DNA of 64,000 bases from a virus (lineage: Duplodnaviria > Caudoviricetes): positions 9,788 to 73,787 of IMG/VR virus record IMGVR_UViG_2974646641_000001; one strand, given 5' to 3'. Shown one piece after another: positions 10,276 to 20,361 of this stretch. Numbering within the stretch: position 1 is the stretch's first letter; each line of letters starts with the position of its first letter. The position numbers and the translations under genes are program-made. The notes below the pieces were generated by a model. The model did no database searches and had not been told where the DNA came from. It saw only the letters and a program-made list of their open reading frames with translations.

Positions 10276-12654
10276 ATGGCGTTAAATAATCAATATTTAA
10301 TTCTCGATTCACATCTAAACAATATTGGTATTCTAACGGTTGATGGTGCGACTAAATTCACCAACGATTCTATATCTATGCAAATTGCTGATACAGACAA
10401 TACGAATACCCAGTATGATGATGATGTTAGCGTAGGAACTGATGACAATTATCGTACAGAAATAAATTCAAATTTTCAATCTAAACACTATGACCATAGT
10501 GGAACTGTAACCGTTCCACAGGGGCAACCAGATAGTGATAAGGTAGTGGCTGGAAATTATTTAGCATATTATGATAAATTTTTAGATAGATGGTATGTTA
10601 TGTATATATATACGACCGCAGAAGAATCGACATCTACAGCTTCTGTTAATACGGTCGCATATGTATGTAATATGATGTTAAGGGACTTAGCTTTTAGCAT
10701 TCCAGACGCGGCGACCGTTAAAAACGACACCATTCAAACAGTCTTTTCACACGTTTTCCAAAATTCTGGGTGGACGGTAGAATACAACACAGGTAACACA
10801 TCTATTCAAAACAGTGATTCTTTTGATGGCAAGACAAAAGCCACGGTACTGTTGCAAAGCATGTTGCAATTATTTGGAGTTGAAATTACTGCTTATGTAA
10901 AAATAAATAGCCAGGGGAAAATAACAGATAAGATAGCAGAAGTGACAGACGAACTATCTTCTGGGGTTATTTATGAAGAAGCAGTTTTTGGAAAAAATAT
11001 TACAAATATAAAAAGAACAACGGTTTCTGCACCTATCACAAAGTTATACGTATATGGCCCAAACGGAACTACAATGAAGTCTAGTAATGATGGTAAAGAT
11101 TATATTGTAGATGATAATGCAAACCAATTATATAACTATGAGGGTTCACAAGCAAGTAGTTATTTAGAAGGCGTTATCGTTTCCAATCAAATTGAGTCTG
11201 CTTCTGGTCTTAAATCTTGGGGACAGCAAATGTTAACCTTATTTAATCACCCAAGAACATTTTATGAAGTAAACGTCACCCCTGATTTTTTACCGCCATT
11301 AGGAACAACGATTAGATTTAAGGACAAATATATTTCTCCAGAATTAAATGCAACTGGTAGAGTTATCCAAAGAACTTTAAGCTTCTCAAATCCTAATAGC
11401 AATAGCATTGCTTTCGGTGAGTTTGTAACCGTTCCAGTAGCTACTCCTGCATGGTTAACAAATTATCAGTCCGCATTAGCAGACGCTGTTTCAAAAGCCA
11501 TAACAGACGCTTCTGCTATTACCCCAGTATTATCTCACCCAGATGGTCTTGATTTTGCTCAAGGTGAAACATCAAAACGTCTTATATTAAGTGCATGGGT
11601 TGGAAAGCAAAATATTAGCACATACGTTGATAGTAAAGGGTTCGCATGGCGACATATCAACACAGACGGCTCAATTGACCCAAATTGGGAGTCAACAGGC
11701 GACCTAATCAATGTAACTCCGTCTTTAATGGGTAATATCAGGGCATACATTGATGGTGATTATATATCGACAGACCCAGAGTTCCATATTGATAATCAAT
11801 CTTTCAAGCTGATTGGAAGCTTTGACCCGAGCGACAATCCAATAGGCCGTGTCGCACAACATATGGAACCGCTTGATGACGGTACTTGGTATCAGTCTTC
11901 TGCTCATGATAACGGGGTAGACACTAACTTTATTCTTAGAGACCGTAACCTGAATTACGTTTCAAGAATGGTTATTAAAATGGGAGGACACGGAACCTCT
12001 TTCGGAGTCAAGTATATCAATGGTTCTCCTTGGATAATTACTGCCATGAAAAACGACGTGAACGACTGGGATATTGTAAGGTTCCAATTCAAAGCAAATG
12101 CAACACTTGGGTACAATGATGTAGTTCATCTTTTTAATACTCATCATTATGCAAGGGTAAACTATGATAGAAAAAATGATTTGCTTGCCTATTGTGACGC
12201 CGCATTCAACTATCGTATTGTCAACATGGAGGACGCAGAACAGGGCATTCAGACAGTTGAATATTCTATCAATTGGCTAGATTACGATTTTACTGGAGAT
12301 GACCAAATTGTTCAAGGCCAAACTCTTGACTTTCCATACGTTTATTGGAATGTCGGAAACCAAGGGCTGAAAGTGTCAACTGAATTATATTGTGTAAACG
12401 CTATTCATAAAGGGGAAGTATTTCATGTCTATTACGACCCAGAGGAACAGCTCGGAATAACTAATAAGGTTATTGAACCAGAAGGGTTAGGTTTTCACAA
12501 TTTTGGTGATGGTTATAAGCTGGTTCATTCATTTAATGTTACTCCAGATGGGAACCCACCAAAACGTCAGATGATTTACACATCTGATTTCGTTTACCGT
12601 GAAGAAATGCCGGTTGTCAATGGCGGCAATGATAGTAATGACAAAGACGAGTAG
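10276..12654 (+). CDS. Tal/baseplate hub with C-terminal beta-propeller-like receptor-binding region
   Basis: after Dit; YGKNI..I.R..ITKLY.YG hub pattern (FGKNITNIKR); C-terminal GGHGT motif. Confidence 0.75.
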   Translation: MALNNQYLILDSHLNNIGILTVDGATKFTNDSISMQIADTDNTNTQYDDDVSVGTDDNYRTEINSNFQSKHYDHSGTVTVPQGQPDSDKVVAGNYLAYYDKFLDRWYVMYIYTTAEESTSTASVNTVAYVCNMMLRDLAFSIPDAATVKNDTIQTVFSHVFQNSGWTVEYNTGNTSIQNSDSFDGKTKATVLLQSMLQLFGVEITAYVKINSQGKITDKIAEVTDELSSGVIYEEAVFGKNITNIKRTTVSAPITKLYVYGPNGTTMKSSNDGKDYIVDDNANQLYNYEGSQASSYLEGVIVSNQIESASGLKSWGQQMLTLFNHPRTFYEVNVTPDFLPPLGTTIRFKDKYISPELNATGRVIQRTLSFSNPNSNSIAFGEFVTVPVATPAWLTNYQSALADAVSKAITDASAITPVLSHPDGLDFAQGETSKRLILSAWVGKQNISTYVDSKGFAWRHINTDGSIDPNWESTGDLINVTPSLMGNIRAYIDGDYISTDPEFHIDNQSFKLIGSFDPSDNPIGRVAQHMEPLDDGTWYQSSAHDNGVDTNFILRDRNLNYVSRMVIKMGGHGTSFGVKYINGSPWIITAMKNDVNDWDIVRFQFKANATLGYNDVVHLFNTHHYARVNYDRKNDLLAYCDAAFNYRIVNMEDAEQGIQTVEYSINWLDYDFTGDDQIVQGQTLDFPYVYWNVGNQGLKVSTELYCVNAIHKGEVFHVYYDPEEQLGITNKVIEPEGLGFHNFGDGYKLVHSFNVTPDGNPPKRQMIYTSDFVYREEMPVVNGGNDSNDKDE

Positions 12655-12665
12655 GAGGTTATAGA

Positions 12666-15600
12666 ATGGCAAGAAGTGCATTTGTCGAAGTTAATATTAC
12701 CAACCCTACTAAACTAGCACAAGATTCACAGGACACTGCCAACAACGCGGTTAAGGGTGTCACAGACTTAAATGACCCTAATTTAATGTCCGTGATTGAG
12801 AAGCAAAACAACGTTGTGCAGTTCGCTGGTTTAACATCTCAATATAACGTTCTCGTACAGAACGCTAAAGATGAGGGGATTGACACAACCGCTGTAACTA
12901 CGGCGTATAACAACTTGAACAAATTCATGGCTGACGTTTTAGCAGACCCTGACCATGCTAGTGATGTTGACCGTGTGACATATAAGAAATATCAGGACGC
13001 TTACAACGAAGAATTAGCAAAGCTTCAAAACGCTCTACAAAATAATGCCAACAATAAATTTGATAGTGCCGCCAGTGCCACAAGTCAGGCGGCTTCAACA
13101 GCTAGTCAAGCGGCTAGTCAAGCACAGTCTGCTGTTGATTATACTAATGGTCAAATTGCTTCACAAGCGAGTGCCGTTTCAGAAGCTTCTAAGAATGCTT
13201 CCGAAGCTTCATCAAAAGCCAACAGTGCTCTTGACGCGGCTAGTGGTGCTAACGCTGAAATTACTAAGCTAAAAGGTGGTTCAACCTTAACCATCGCAGA
13301 GCTAGAAGATGGTCTAGGTACAAAAGTTTCTAATGATACATTCACGACATATCAAACACAAACTGCTAGTCAGTTCGCAGAAACAGTTAAAGAAGCTGAC
13401 TTTACAACTTACCAAACTCAAACCAGCAAGTTAATCGAATCTAAAGTTGATAACGGAACTTACCAGACAGATAAGACACAAACAGCTAAAGATATCGCTT
13501 CAAAAGTTTCTTCTAGCGATTTTGAGACTTATCAAACGCAAACAGACGGCATGATTGCCAGTAAGGTTTCTAAGAAAGACGCTAATAATGTCAACTTAAT
13601 ACCTTACTCTAGCAACTTTTCAGATTCATTAGAAGGTTGGCAATTAATGGCATGGGGTGCAACTGATAGAAAACTATTGGTAACTACTCACAGTTTCTAT
13701 AAAAATGGAACTGGGAAGTTATTATACCTAAATACAGCACAGAACGCAACTTCTGCCGCTGGTTCATTACGTTTCTCGGTATTACCAAACACTAAATACA
13801 CGTTCCAATTTAAGGCGTTTGCTTCATCTAACGTTGTTGGAGCTAATGTGTATTTCTTGTCACGTGCTTATGGTTCGACCAGTGATTACGACACAGCTCA
13901 TGGCCTATTTAATAATCTGGTAACTTCTCCATCACATATTGACCAGTATACGGTTACATTTACAACTGGAGCCAATGATAATGAAGGTTATATCAGAGTT
14001 GATAATATAGGTTCTAATAATGGAGCTTCTTCTGGTTTGTTCTTTACTGAACTCAAAATGGAGCCGGGTGATACCGCAACGAACTATATTTATGGTGGTC
14101 AAGATTCTATGATTTCTCAAATGTCTAACGACATCATTCTAAGAGTAACCAAAGATGGCTTGATTGACCAAATTAATATTCAGGCTGGTAATACCTTAAT
14201 TTCATCTAGTGGTCAACTAACATTGTCTGGTAAAAGTGTCTTCCTTGACAGTGTTGACCCCGTTATCATGAAAAGTGCTAATATTGACACGCTCCTTGTT
14301 GGTAAAAAACTGACGGCGGCTGATATTGCGGCCAATACCTTCACAACTAATAACGGGACTTTCACAGTAGACAAGAATGGTCTTGTTACGGCGACGAGCC
14401 TAATTATTCGTGGCTCTACAAACCTAGTTTATAACGCGTCATTATCCGGTGGTAATGGCTCATATATTCCGGGGTGGAATATGAACGGTGAAGGCTATTA
14501 TTCTAACGCTGTTTTGTATGATGGTGTGCCGGCTTTAGTTTGGGCGGGTACAACCGCAAGCGGTGTTTGGGATAATTACGCAACAACCTATTATCAACCT
14601 GTAACACAAACCGGCATTCCATATAGTGCTTCTGGGACTTTCAGAGATTATGGTTCTGCTAGTGGAATGATGTTTCAATGCACTTTAGCATTCTTTACTG
14701 ATAAAGCCACAGCTTCACGTATTAACGGTTATAAGGCATTCAATTATACCGCAACTGGTGGAGATAGTGGTAGTATTTACTTCACTATTGACAATGTAGT
14801 TGCACCAAGCAATGCTAAGTATGTGGCTTTACAGTTCTGGGCTTATAACGGCAAAGGACATGCCGCATGGAGCCAGCCGATGTTAACACAGACTGCAAAA
14901 GCTACTGGTTATCAACCAGATACGGGCAATATTATCAGCGCTGGTACGGTAATTGGTACAAACATTAGCGCTTCTATTATTAGCGGGACAACGATTCATG
15001 CTGGAGATATTATTAATAGCACCAATAATACTGCTAATTTTTATCCATTAACAATTGATTCTAATGGTTTCATACAATCATACCATATTGACGATAATTT
15101 TGCAAACTCTGCTAAATTATACACTGGAAATTTGGTTATTAGCAACCGTAATATGTCAGCCAATGCTGGGTCTAATAATTTTGCCGGTGAAACTGCTGTT
15201 CTAGGTGGTTCTTCTTTAACATTGTCATCTGGATATACAGTCGGGAAAGATACCGATTTTACAAAAACCTTAATATCAGAAGGTCAGCCGGGGACGACTA
15301 AACTTACACTTTCGGGTATCACTGGCATTACCTTAAAAGGCGACGACCAAAAGATTCACTTTCACGGCATGTATTCAGACTCTCAGCCTAAAGGAATAAC
15401 ATTCACACCATATGGGAACATAAATGGTGACGAGGGTAGAACGACTGGTAATTGGTACGTTGGTTATAATTTAGCTAATATGACTGCGCAGTTTGGGATA
15501 GATAATCTCAATAAAAATACCATTGAATTTTATCGTCCAACCTTTGTTGATGAAATTGGCGCTATGGGTAATCGCTTAGATAACGGCAGATTATTGCTAC

Positions 15601-16085
15601 ACGCTGTTGATGGAAATGCCCAAATGTACCTTTTAAATGATGGTTCGCCAGCGGTTGCGTCACCGACAGTTTATAACCGAACGTATTCTAACGGTGCAAA
15701 TGTGTTTGTCACCTCATATGGTCGTATCGGTAGGTCAACCTCGGCAAGTAAGTACAAACTAGCTATCGCCAGAAGCGATGATACATTGCAAGCTGACCGT
15801 TTAATGACTCTAAAACCAGCAAGCTGGAATGACAAAGTAGCTACGGAAAAAATGGCTGAATCATTGTCAAATGGTGAAATACCAGTAGAAGCAGAAATAA
15901 ATCTAAGACGACATTACGGCTTAATTGCCGAGGATTTACGAGACGCTGGACTAGATGAGTTCTTAATCACTGGTAAAGATGGTCAAATTGAAGGTATTGA
16001 ATACGACCGTTTATGGACGGTACTAATTCCTAAAATTAAACAGCTAAATAATAGAATTAACGAACTTGAAAGGAAGACCCTATAA
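12666..16085 (+). CDS. tail fibre/host-specificity protein with CBM-like domains and C-terminal S74 chaperone
   Basis: coiled-coil N-terminus; NLIPYSSNF..W and NLVYNAS CBM-like starts; SASKYK...HYGLIAEDL...IEYDRL. Confidence 0.85.
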   Translation: MARSAFVEVNITNPTKLAQDSQDTANNAVKGVTDLNDPNLMSVIEKQNNVVQFAGLTSQYNVLVQNAKDEGIDTTAVTTAYNNLNKFMADVLADPDHASDVDRVTYKKYQDAYNEELAKLQNALQNNANNKFDSAASATSQAASTASQAASQAQSAVDYTNGQIASQASAVSEASKNASEASSKANSALDAASGANAEITKLKGGSTLTIAELEDGLGTKVSNDTFTTYQTQTASQFAETVKEADFTTYQTQTSKLIESKVDNGTYQTDKTQTAKDIASKVSSSDFETYQTQTDGMIASKVSKKDANNVNLIPYSSNFSDSLEGWQLMAWGATDRKLLVTTHSFYKNGTGKLLYLNTAQNATSAAGSLRFSVLPNTKYTFQFKAFASSNVVGANVYFLSRAYGSTSDYDTAHGLFNNLVTSPSHIDQYTVTFTTGANDNEGYIRVDNIGSNNGASSGLFFTELKMEPGDTATNYIYGGQDSMISQMSNDIILRVTKDGLIDQINIQAGNTLISSSGQLTLSGKSVFLDSVDPVIMKSANIDTLLVGKKLTAADIAANTFTTNNGTFTVDKNGLVTATSLIIRGSTNLVYNASLSGGNGSYIPGWNMNGEGYYSNAVLYDGVPALVWAGTTASGVWDNYATTYYQPVTQTGIPYSASGTFRDYGSASGMMFQCTLAFFTDKATASRINGYKAFNYTATGGDSGSIYFTIDNVVAPSNAKYVALQFWAYNGKGHAAWSQPMLTQTAKATGYQPDTGNIISAGTVIGTNISASIISGTTIHAGDIINSTNNTANFYPLTIDSNGFIQSYHIDDNFANSAKLYTGNLVISNRNMSANAGSNNFAGETAVLGGSSLTLSSGYTVGKDTDFTKTLISEGQPGTTKLTLSGITGITLKGDDQKIHFHGMYSDSQPKGITFTPYGNINGDEGRTTGNWYVGYNLANMTAQFGIDNLNKNTIEFYRPTFVDEIGAMGNRLDNGRLLLHAVDGNAQMYLLNDGSPAVASPTVYNRTYSNGANVFVTSYGRIGRSTSASKYKLAIARSDDTLQADRLMTLKPASWNDKVATEKMAESLSNGEIPVEAEINLRRHYGLIAEDLRDAGLDEFLITGKDGQIEGIEYDRLWTVLIPKIKQLNNRINELERKTL

Positions 16086-16327
16086 TGGAAAACATTAATA
16101 TTACAACTGTATCAGTTCAGCCGGATAGTGTTTTTAAAATCAACTTTTCGGCAACGTATGAATCATCGTCACATATCGAGGGCTTTGTTCTTATGAAAGC
16201 AGAAGATTATCGTTCTAAGACAGGTGACGAACAAGTAGCATTCATTAAGCAAACTATTGCAGATAATTTGGCTGGCAAGATTACACCAGTATCTCAATTA
16301 GCTACTAACGATTCTAATAAGATTTAA
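16085..16327 (+). CDS. hypothetical tail-associated protein
   Basis: 80 aa; TAATG coupling to the fibre gene. Confidence 0.6.
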   Translation: MENINITTVSVQPDSVFKINFSATYESSSHIEGFVLMKAEDYRSKTGDEQVAFIKQTIADNLAGKITPVSQLATNDSNKI

Positions 16328-16344
16328 TATGGAGGATTTAAATT

Positions 16345-16767
16345 ATGAAATTTGAATTACAAAACCAATTTGTTGCACCATCAATTGAATTTCTAAAGAG
16401 GTTGTCACTTGCTGGCTACCAATCAATTGCTCGGACACGCTTAATTAAAATGTTATCTGATAAAAATGATGAAATTGTTGGTCTTCAAAAAGACCTAATT
16501 AAAGAATACGCCGATAAAGACGATAAAGGTGAATTGATTGTCAAAGACGGTCAATACAGCTTTACACCTGAAAATGATGTAGCTTTCAGAAAAGCGTATT
16601 TTGAATTAATGATGGAAAATGGCGAAATTGAAAAGGCCACCTATTCACACCACAAAGAAGACTGTCAAGACTTCTTATTAAATGCAGACATTAATGTATC
16701 TGGCGATGAAGCAACGTGTTATGACGCGTTATGTATTGCATTAGATGTTGATTTCGATAAGCGATAG
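16345..16767 (+). CDS. DUF1617-like tail module protein
   Basis: L..L.L.G.QSIARTRLIK pattern; GGAGG RBS. Confidence 0.6.
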   Translation: MKFELQNQFVAPSIEFLKRLSLAGYQSIARTRLIKMLSDKNDEIVGLQKDLIKEYADKDDKGELIVKDGQYSFTPENDVAFRKAYFELMMENGEIEKATYSHHKEDCQDFLLNADINVSGDEATCYDALCIALDVDFDKR

Positions 16768-16783
16768 AAAGGAATGATTTAGT

Positions 16784-17896
16784 TTGGCAAAGACATTAGA
16801 ATATGCCGACACTTCTGCTCAAACCGTAAAAATTGGCGATACGACTACCAGTTTCACAATGGTATTGGGCGAAGATAGCAACCCCATTGACCTTACTAAC
16901 GCAACAAGCATTATTGCCAAGATAGGTAATAGCACCGGCTACCTAAAAGAGCAAACAGTCACTTCTGATAATATCCCAGACCCTTTGTCTGGTCAAGTAA
17001 TTATTAAATTTGATTCTGAATTTATGAATGGACTTCCAGCGGGTTCTTACTTGTTAGAAGTTTGGGTGACTTATGATAGCGGAGTTGCTATCTATCCTAG
17101 TGGTGCTTTAACAGGATTTACAATTAATAATAACATTGAAGCTAGTGGTGGTTCAACCATCACAACTATCACATTCGATGATTTCGTAGATAAGTTTAAT
17201 GAAATCGCGGCAAACGCACTACCGGGGACAACTGACACTACTAACTTTCAGAAACGAAAAATTACGAACGATGATGGTAGTTTTTATTTAAGCATTCCTA
17301 ATGCAACTGGCGTTGATGTGACGGATAAATTACTTTCTTTGCCAAGTGGTTTATACACCTGCTATATTCAGGTCGGTGCAAAGAATAACCCAAGCAATGA
17401 TTCGCTAAGAGGAATTGTTTGGGTTTCTGCTGGTTATGGGGGTGGCATTTTTGGCACAAACACTACTGGTGGGTATACATCGTATAGACTATTTATAGAA
17501 GGCTCATCTTTACAGTGGAAAAAATACCCCGCTCAAACGTCTGGTACTTTAGATGTTGAGCCGGCATTTTATATGACTGGTACAACAAGTAGTGAAAAAG
17601 CCTTGAACTATGTGCTAACTGGAAATGTATTGCACGTCAGTGGTATTGTTGTCCCAAGTTCTGAAATAGCGGCAGGAGGTACTGCTGTATTATTCAACTT
17701 ACCATCTTCAATTGGTACCATAAGCGAATACAGAACCGCTGTACAGCAAAGCTCTAGCTATAACTTGTATTGTTTGAATTGGAAGCCAAATGGCCCCGTT
17801 TCAGTGATTAAACATAATACTGCTGGAACCGCAACAGCTATCACAACATCAACAGAATTGCAGGTATGCGTTGATATTGTTATTAACCCTAGTTAG
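16784..17896 (+). CDS. BppU-like baseplate/receptor-binding protein
   Basis: N-terminal VKIGDTTTSF...IDLT...YLLEVWV...IYPS; beta-rich C-terminus. Confidence 0.7.
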   Translation: MAKTLEYADTSAQTVKIGDTTTSFTMVLGEDSNPIDLTNATSIIAKIGNSTGYLKEQTVTSDNIPDPLSGQVIIKFDSEFMNGLPAGSYLLEVWVTYDSGVAIYPSGALTGFTINNNIEASGGSTITTITFDDFVDKFNEIAANALPGTTDTTNFQKRKITNDDGSFYLSIPNATGVDVTDKLLSLPSGLYTCYIQVGAKNNPSNDSLRGIVWVSAGYGGGIFGTNTTGGYTSYRLFIEGSSLQWKKYPAQTSGTLDVEPAFYMTGTTSSEKALNYVLTGNVLHVSGIVVPSSEIAAGGTAVLFNLPSSIGTISEYRTAVQQSSSYNLYCLNWKPNGPVSVIKHNTAGTATAITTSTELQVCVDIVINPS

Positions 17897-17968
17897 CAAT
17901 AAAATTCAAATTTTACTCTGAAAAAATTATCAAGAAGTAAACATTAACACACAAAAGGAGACATAAAG

Positions 17969-19360
17969 ATGAATAAACGACTAAAACACGTACTATACGG
18001 TACTGCATTGGCATTATCGTTAGGATTATCTGCTTCTGCTATTAATACGCAGAATGCCAGTGCCGCTAACACCAGTGATGGTGCCGTTGTTAAAAAAGTT
18101 GTTGACATTTCAGAATGGCAAGGCAACGTTTCTTATCAGAAGGCTTTAGCTTTAAAATCTGAAACCTCATTTGTAATTGTCCGTGTTCAATACGGTTCTA
18201 ATTACAAGGATATTCAGTATAAGAACACGATTGCTAACCTCGAAAAAGCTGGGACGCCATACGGTGTTTATTCTTATTCGCGGTATGTAAATGCTTCTGA
18301 CGCTAAGCAAGAAGCCAAAGACCTTTATAATCGTGCTAAGAATGCTAAGTTCTTCGTTAATGACGCAGAAGAAGTTACTACGACTAGTGGTTCTTATTCT
18401 AGTGCTGTTAAGGCTTGGGGTTCTGAAATGCAAAGCTTAACCAACAAGCCAGTTATCCTATATTCTGGTAGCTATTTCTACAACAATTATATTGGAACTA
18501 TGAGCAACTATGACGCTTTTTGGGAAGCTAACTATAGTAACCATTATCTCAAAGACCCAGCATTATGGCAGTACACGGATTCTGGTTACTCAACTAGTCT
18601 TGGTTTAGGTGTTGATACCAACAAGGTTATCACATCTAAACACCCTGTAAAGTGGTGGATTGGTTCCAGTGCCGCTGACAAGCAAAACGTAGACAAGTAT
18701 CATGTTGGTGGATTCAAGGTTGGTGACAAAGTTAAGATTAACTCTAACGTTGCTAAATGGGACGATGGCGATACTAAGACCCCAATTGATAGTTCCGTAT
18801 TGAAGAAGACTTACACTGTTGGTCAAATCAAGCAAGTAACGGAAGGCAAATCTAACCAAATGCTCTTACTAAAGAGCGGTAACACCGTTGTTGGTTGGAC
18901 GTTAGCTGAACATGTTACGAAGCAAGGTTCTAGTTCGAATTCCAGCTCATCTAACAGCAACAAAGCTTCTAACCAAACCTATAACCAAAACGGGACATTC
19001 TACCCAAACACCACTCTTAATGTTCGTACTGGAGCTGGCACCAACTACTCCAAGGTAGCCACTTATTACAGTGGTGAAAGCGTTAAGTATAACCAAGTAA
19101 TCATTAAATCTGATTATGTCTGGGCTAGATATTTACGCTCTAACGGTTATTACGGGTATATTGCTCTAGGTGTAAATGGTGGTGAAAGCTACGGTAAGCG
19201 TATTGTCGGTGCTTCTCATACCTATTATACAGTTAAATCTGGTGATAGTCTATGGAAGATTGCCAACGACCACGGAACTACTATTAGCAATTTAACTAGC
19301 CTTAATGGTATCTCGATGTATAGCACTATCTATCCAAACCAACGACTAATTATTAGCTGA
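17969..19360 (+). CDS. signal-peptide endolysin: GH25 muramidase + SH3-like + LysM
   Basis: N-terminal signal ending ASA; VVDISEWQG, DAEE, LWQYT; TTLNVRTGAG SH3b; YTVKSGDSLWKIA LysM. Confidence 0.9.
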   Translation: MNKRLKHVLYGTALALSLGLSASAINTQNASAANTSDGAVVKKVVDISEWQGNVSYQKALALKSETSFVIVRVQYGSNYKDIQYKNTIANLEKAGTPYGVYSYSRYVNASDAKQEAKDLYNRAKNAKFFVNDAEEVTTTSGSYSSAVKAWGSEMQSLTNKPVILYSGSYFYNNYIGTMSNYDAFWEANYSNHYLKDPALWQYTDSGYSTSLGLGVDTNKVITSKHPVKWWIGSSAADKQNVDKYHVGGFKVGDKVKINSNVAKWDDGDTKTPIDSSVLKKTYTVGQIKQVTEGKSNQMLLLKSGNTVVGWTLAEHVTKQGSSSNSSSSNSNKASNQTYNQNGTFYPNTTLNVRTGAGTNYSKVATYYSGESVKYNQVIIKSDYVWARYLRSNGYYGYIALGVNGGESYGKRIVGASHTYYTVKSGDSLWKIANDHGTTISNLTSLNGISMYSTIYPNQRLIIS

Positions 19361-19377
19361 TAAGGGAGGTTCACCAC

Positions 19378-19707
19378 ATGGTATTAAGTAACATTATTGC
19401 CGCCGTTCCACCTCATTATTTCTTTGGATATAATCTTAGTGAATGGACGGAACTGATTGCCATTGTGAGTGCTTTTTTATCACTAGTTTCTTGGTTGTTC
19501 AAACGAGTTATTATTGACCCGTTGATGGAAAAGATTAGTGACTTAGGTGATAGTATTAAGCAATTGTCTGCTACGCAGAATGAAGATTCTAACACATTTA
19601 TGCAAACGCTAGAGAAGCACACCGAAGAACTTGGAGAAGTTAAGATTACGATGGCAAGGCACGACGAAGAATTAAGGTCTCTCTGGAAGGGGAAGAATAG
19701 AACATGA
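19378..19707 (+). CDS. holin-like/XhlA-like membrane protein
   Basis: one TM helix then coiled coil; directly after endolysin. Confidence 0.55.
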   Translation: MVLSNIIAAVPPHYFFGYNLSEWTELIAIVSAFLSLVSWLFKRVIIDPLMEKISDLGDSIKQLSATQNEDSNTFMQTLEKHTEELGEVKITMARHDEELRSLWKGKNRT

Positions 19708-20300
19708 ACAAAATTAAAACTGCATTTAACAACTTTATTTCTCAATTCGTAAAAACATTTGAAACTAACAAGACTAAGCCTAGCTACTGGTTACAAATTA
19801 TCGGTTCTGTTTTAATCATCGGATTAGCTGTTGGTTCAGCATTCTTTGGTCTAAAGATTGACCGTAGTGATGTCCTTATGGTATTTACGGTTATTGGTTC
19901 AGTGCTTGCGTTCGTAGGTACTGTAACGGATAATTCTATCCTTGAAAATGTTGGTAACGGTATTAAAAACGATTCTGATAGTTTAACGAGTAGTGAACAA
20001 GACGTTCTCAACAAACTTGTCGAAGCTCAAAAGGCGATTGAAAATGCAAAGACACCAACTGAGCAAGCACAATTAGCATTAAGTGCCGCTAATGAAGCTC
20101 AATCTGTTGCAGATAGCTTAGCAAATAAACTATCTAAAGAAGCCGTTTCAGACGCAGTCGTTAGTACGCAGGAAGTAGCACAGGTCGTAACCAGTGAATC
20201 AACAAGTGTCGCAGAGCCAGCTAGTGCTGTATCAGAAGTACCAGTAAGCGAAGCTACGTCAGAAGCTCCTACTAGCGAAACTCCTACTAGCGAAGCTTAG
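19704..20300 (+). CDS. holin with long acidic Ser/Thr/Glu tail
   Basis: two TM helices; ATGA overlap; lysis cassette position. Confidence 0.7.
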   Translation: MNKIKTAFNNFISQFVKTFETNKTKPSYWLQIIGSVLIIGLAVGSAFFGLKIDRSDVLMVFTVIGSVLAFVGTVTDNSILENVGNGIKNDSDSLTSSEQDVLNKLVEAQKAIENAKTPTEQAQLALSAANEAQSVADSLANKLSKEAVSDAVVSTQEVAQVVTSESTSVAEPASAVSEVPVSEATSEAPTSETPTSEA

Positions 20301-20306
20301 TATTAA

Positions 20307-20332
20307 TCCTCACAGTTATGTGAGGGTACATA
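20307..20332 (+). promoter_or_regulatory. intergenic hairpin + TACATA
   Basis: tcctcaca-gtta-tgtgaggg stem-loop; TACAT at 20327. Confidence 0.65.
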
Positions 20333-20361
20333 AAATACAAAAAAAGGAATGGTGAGATACA

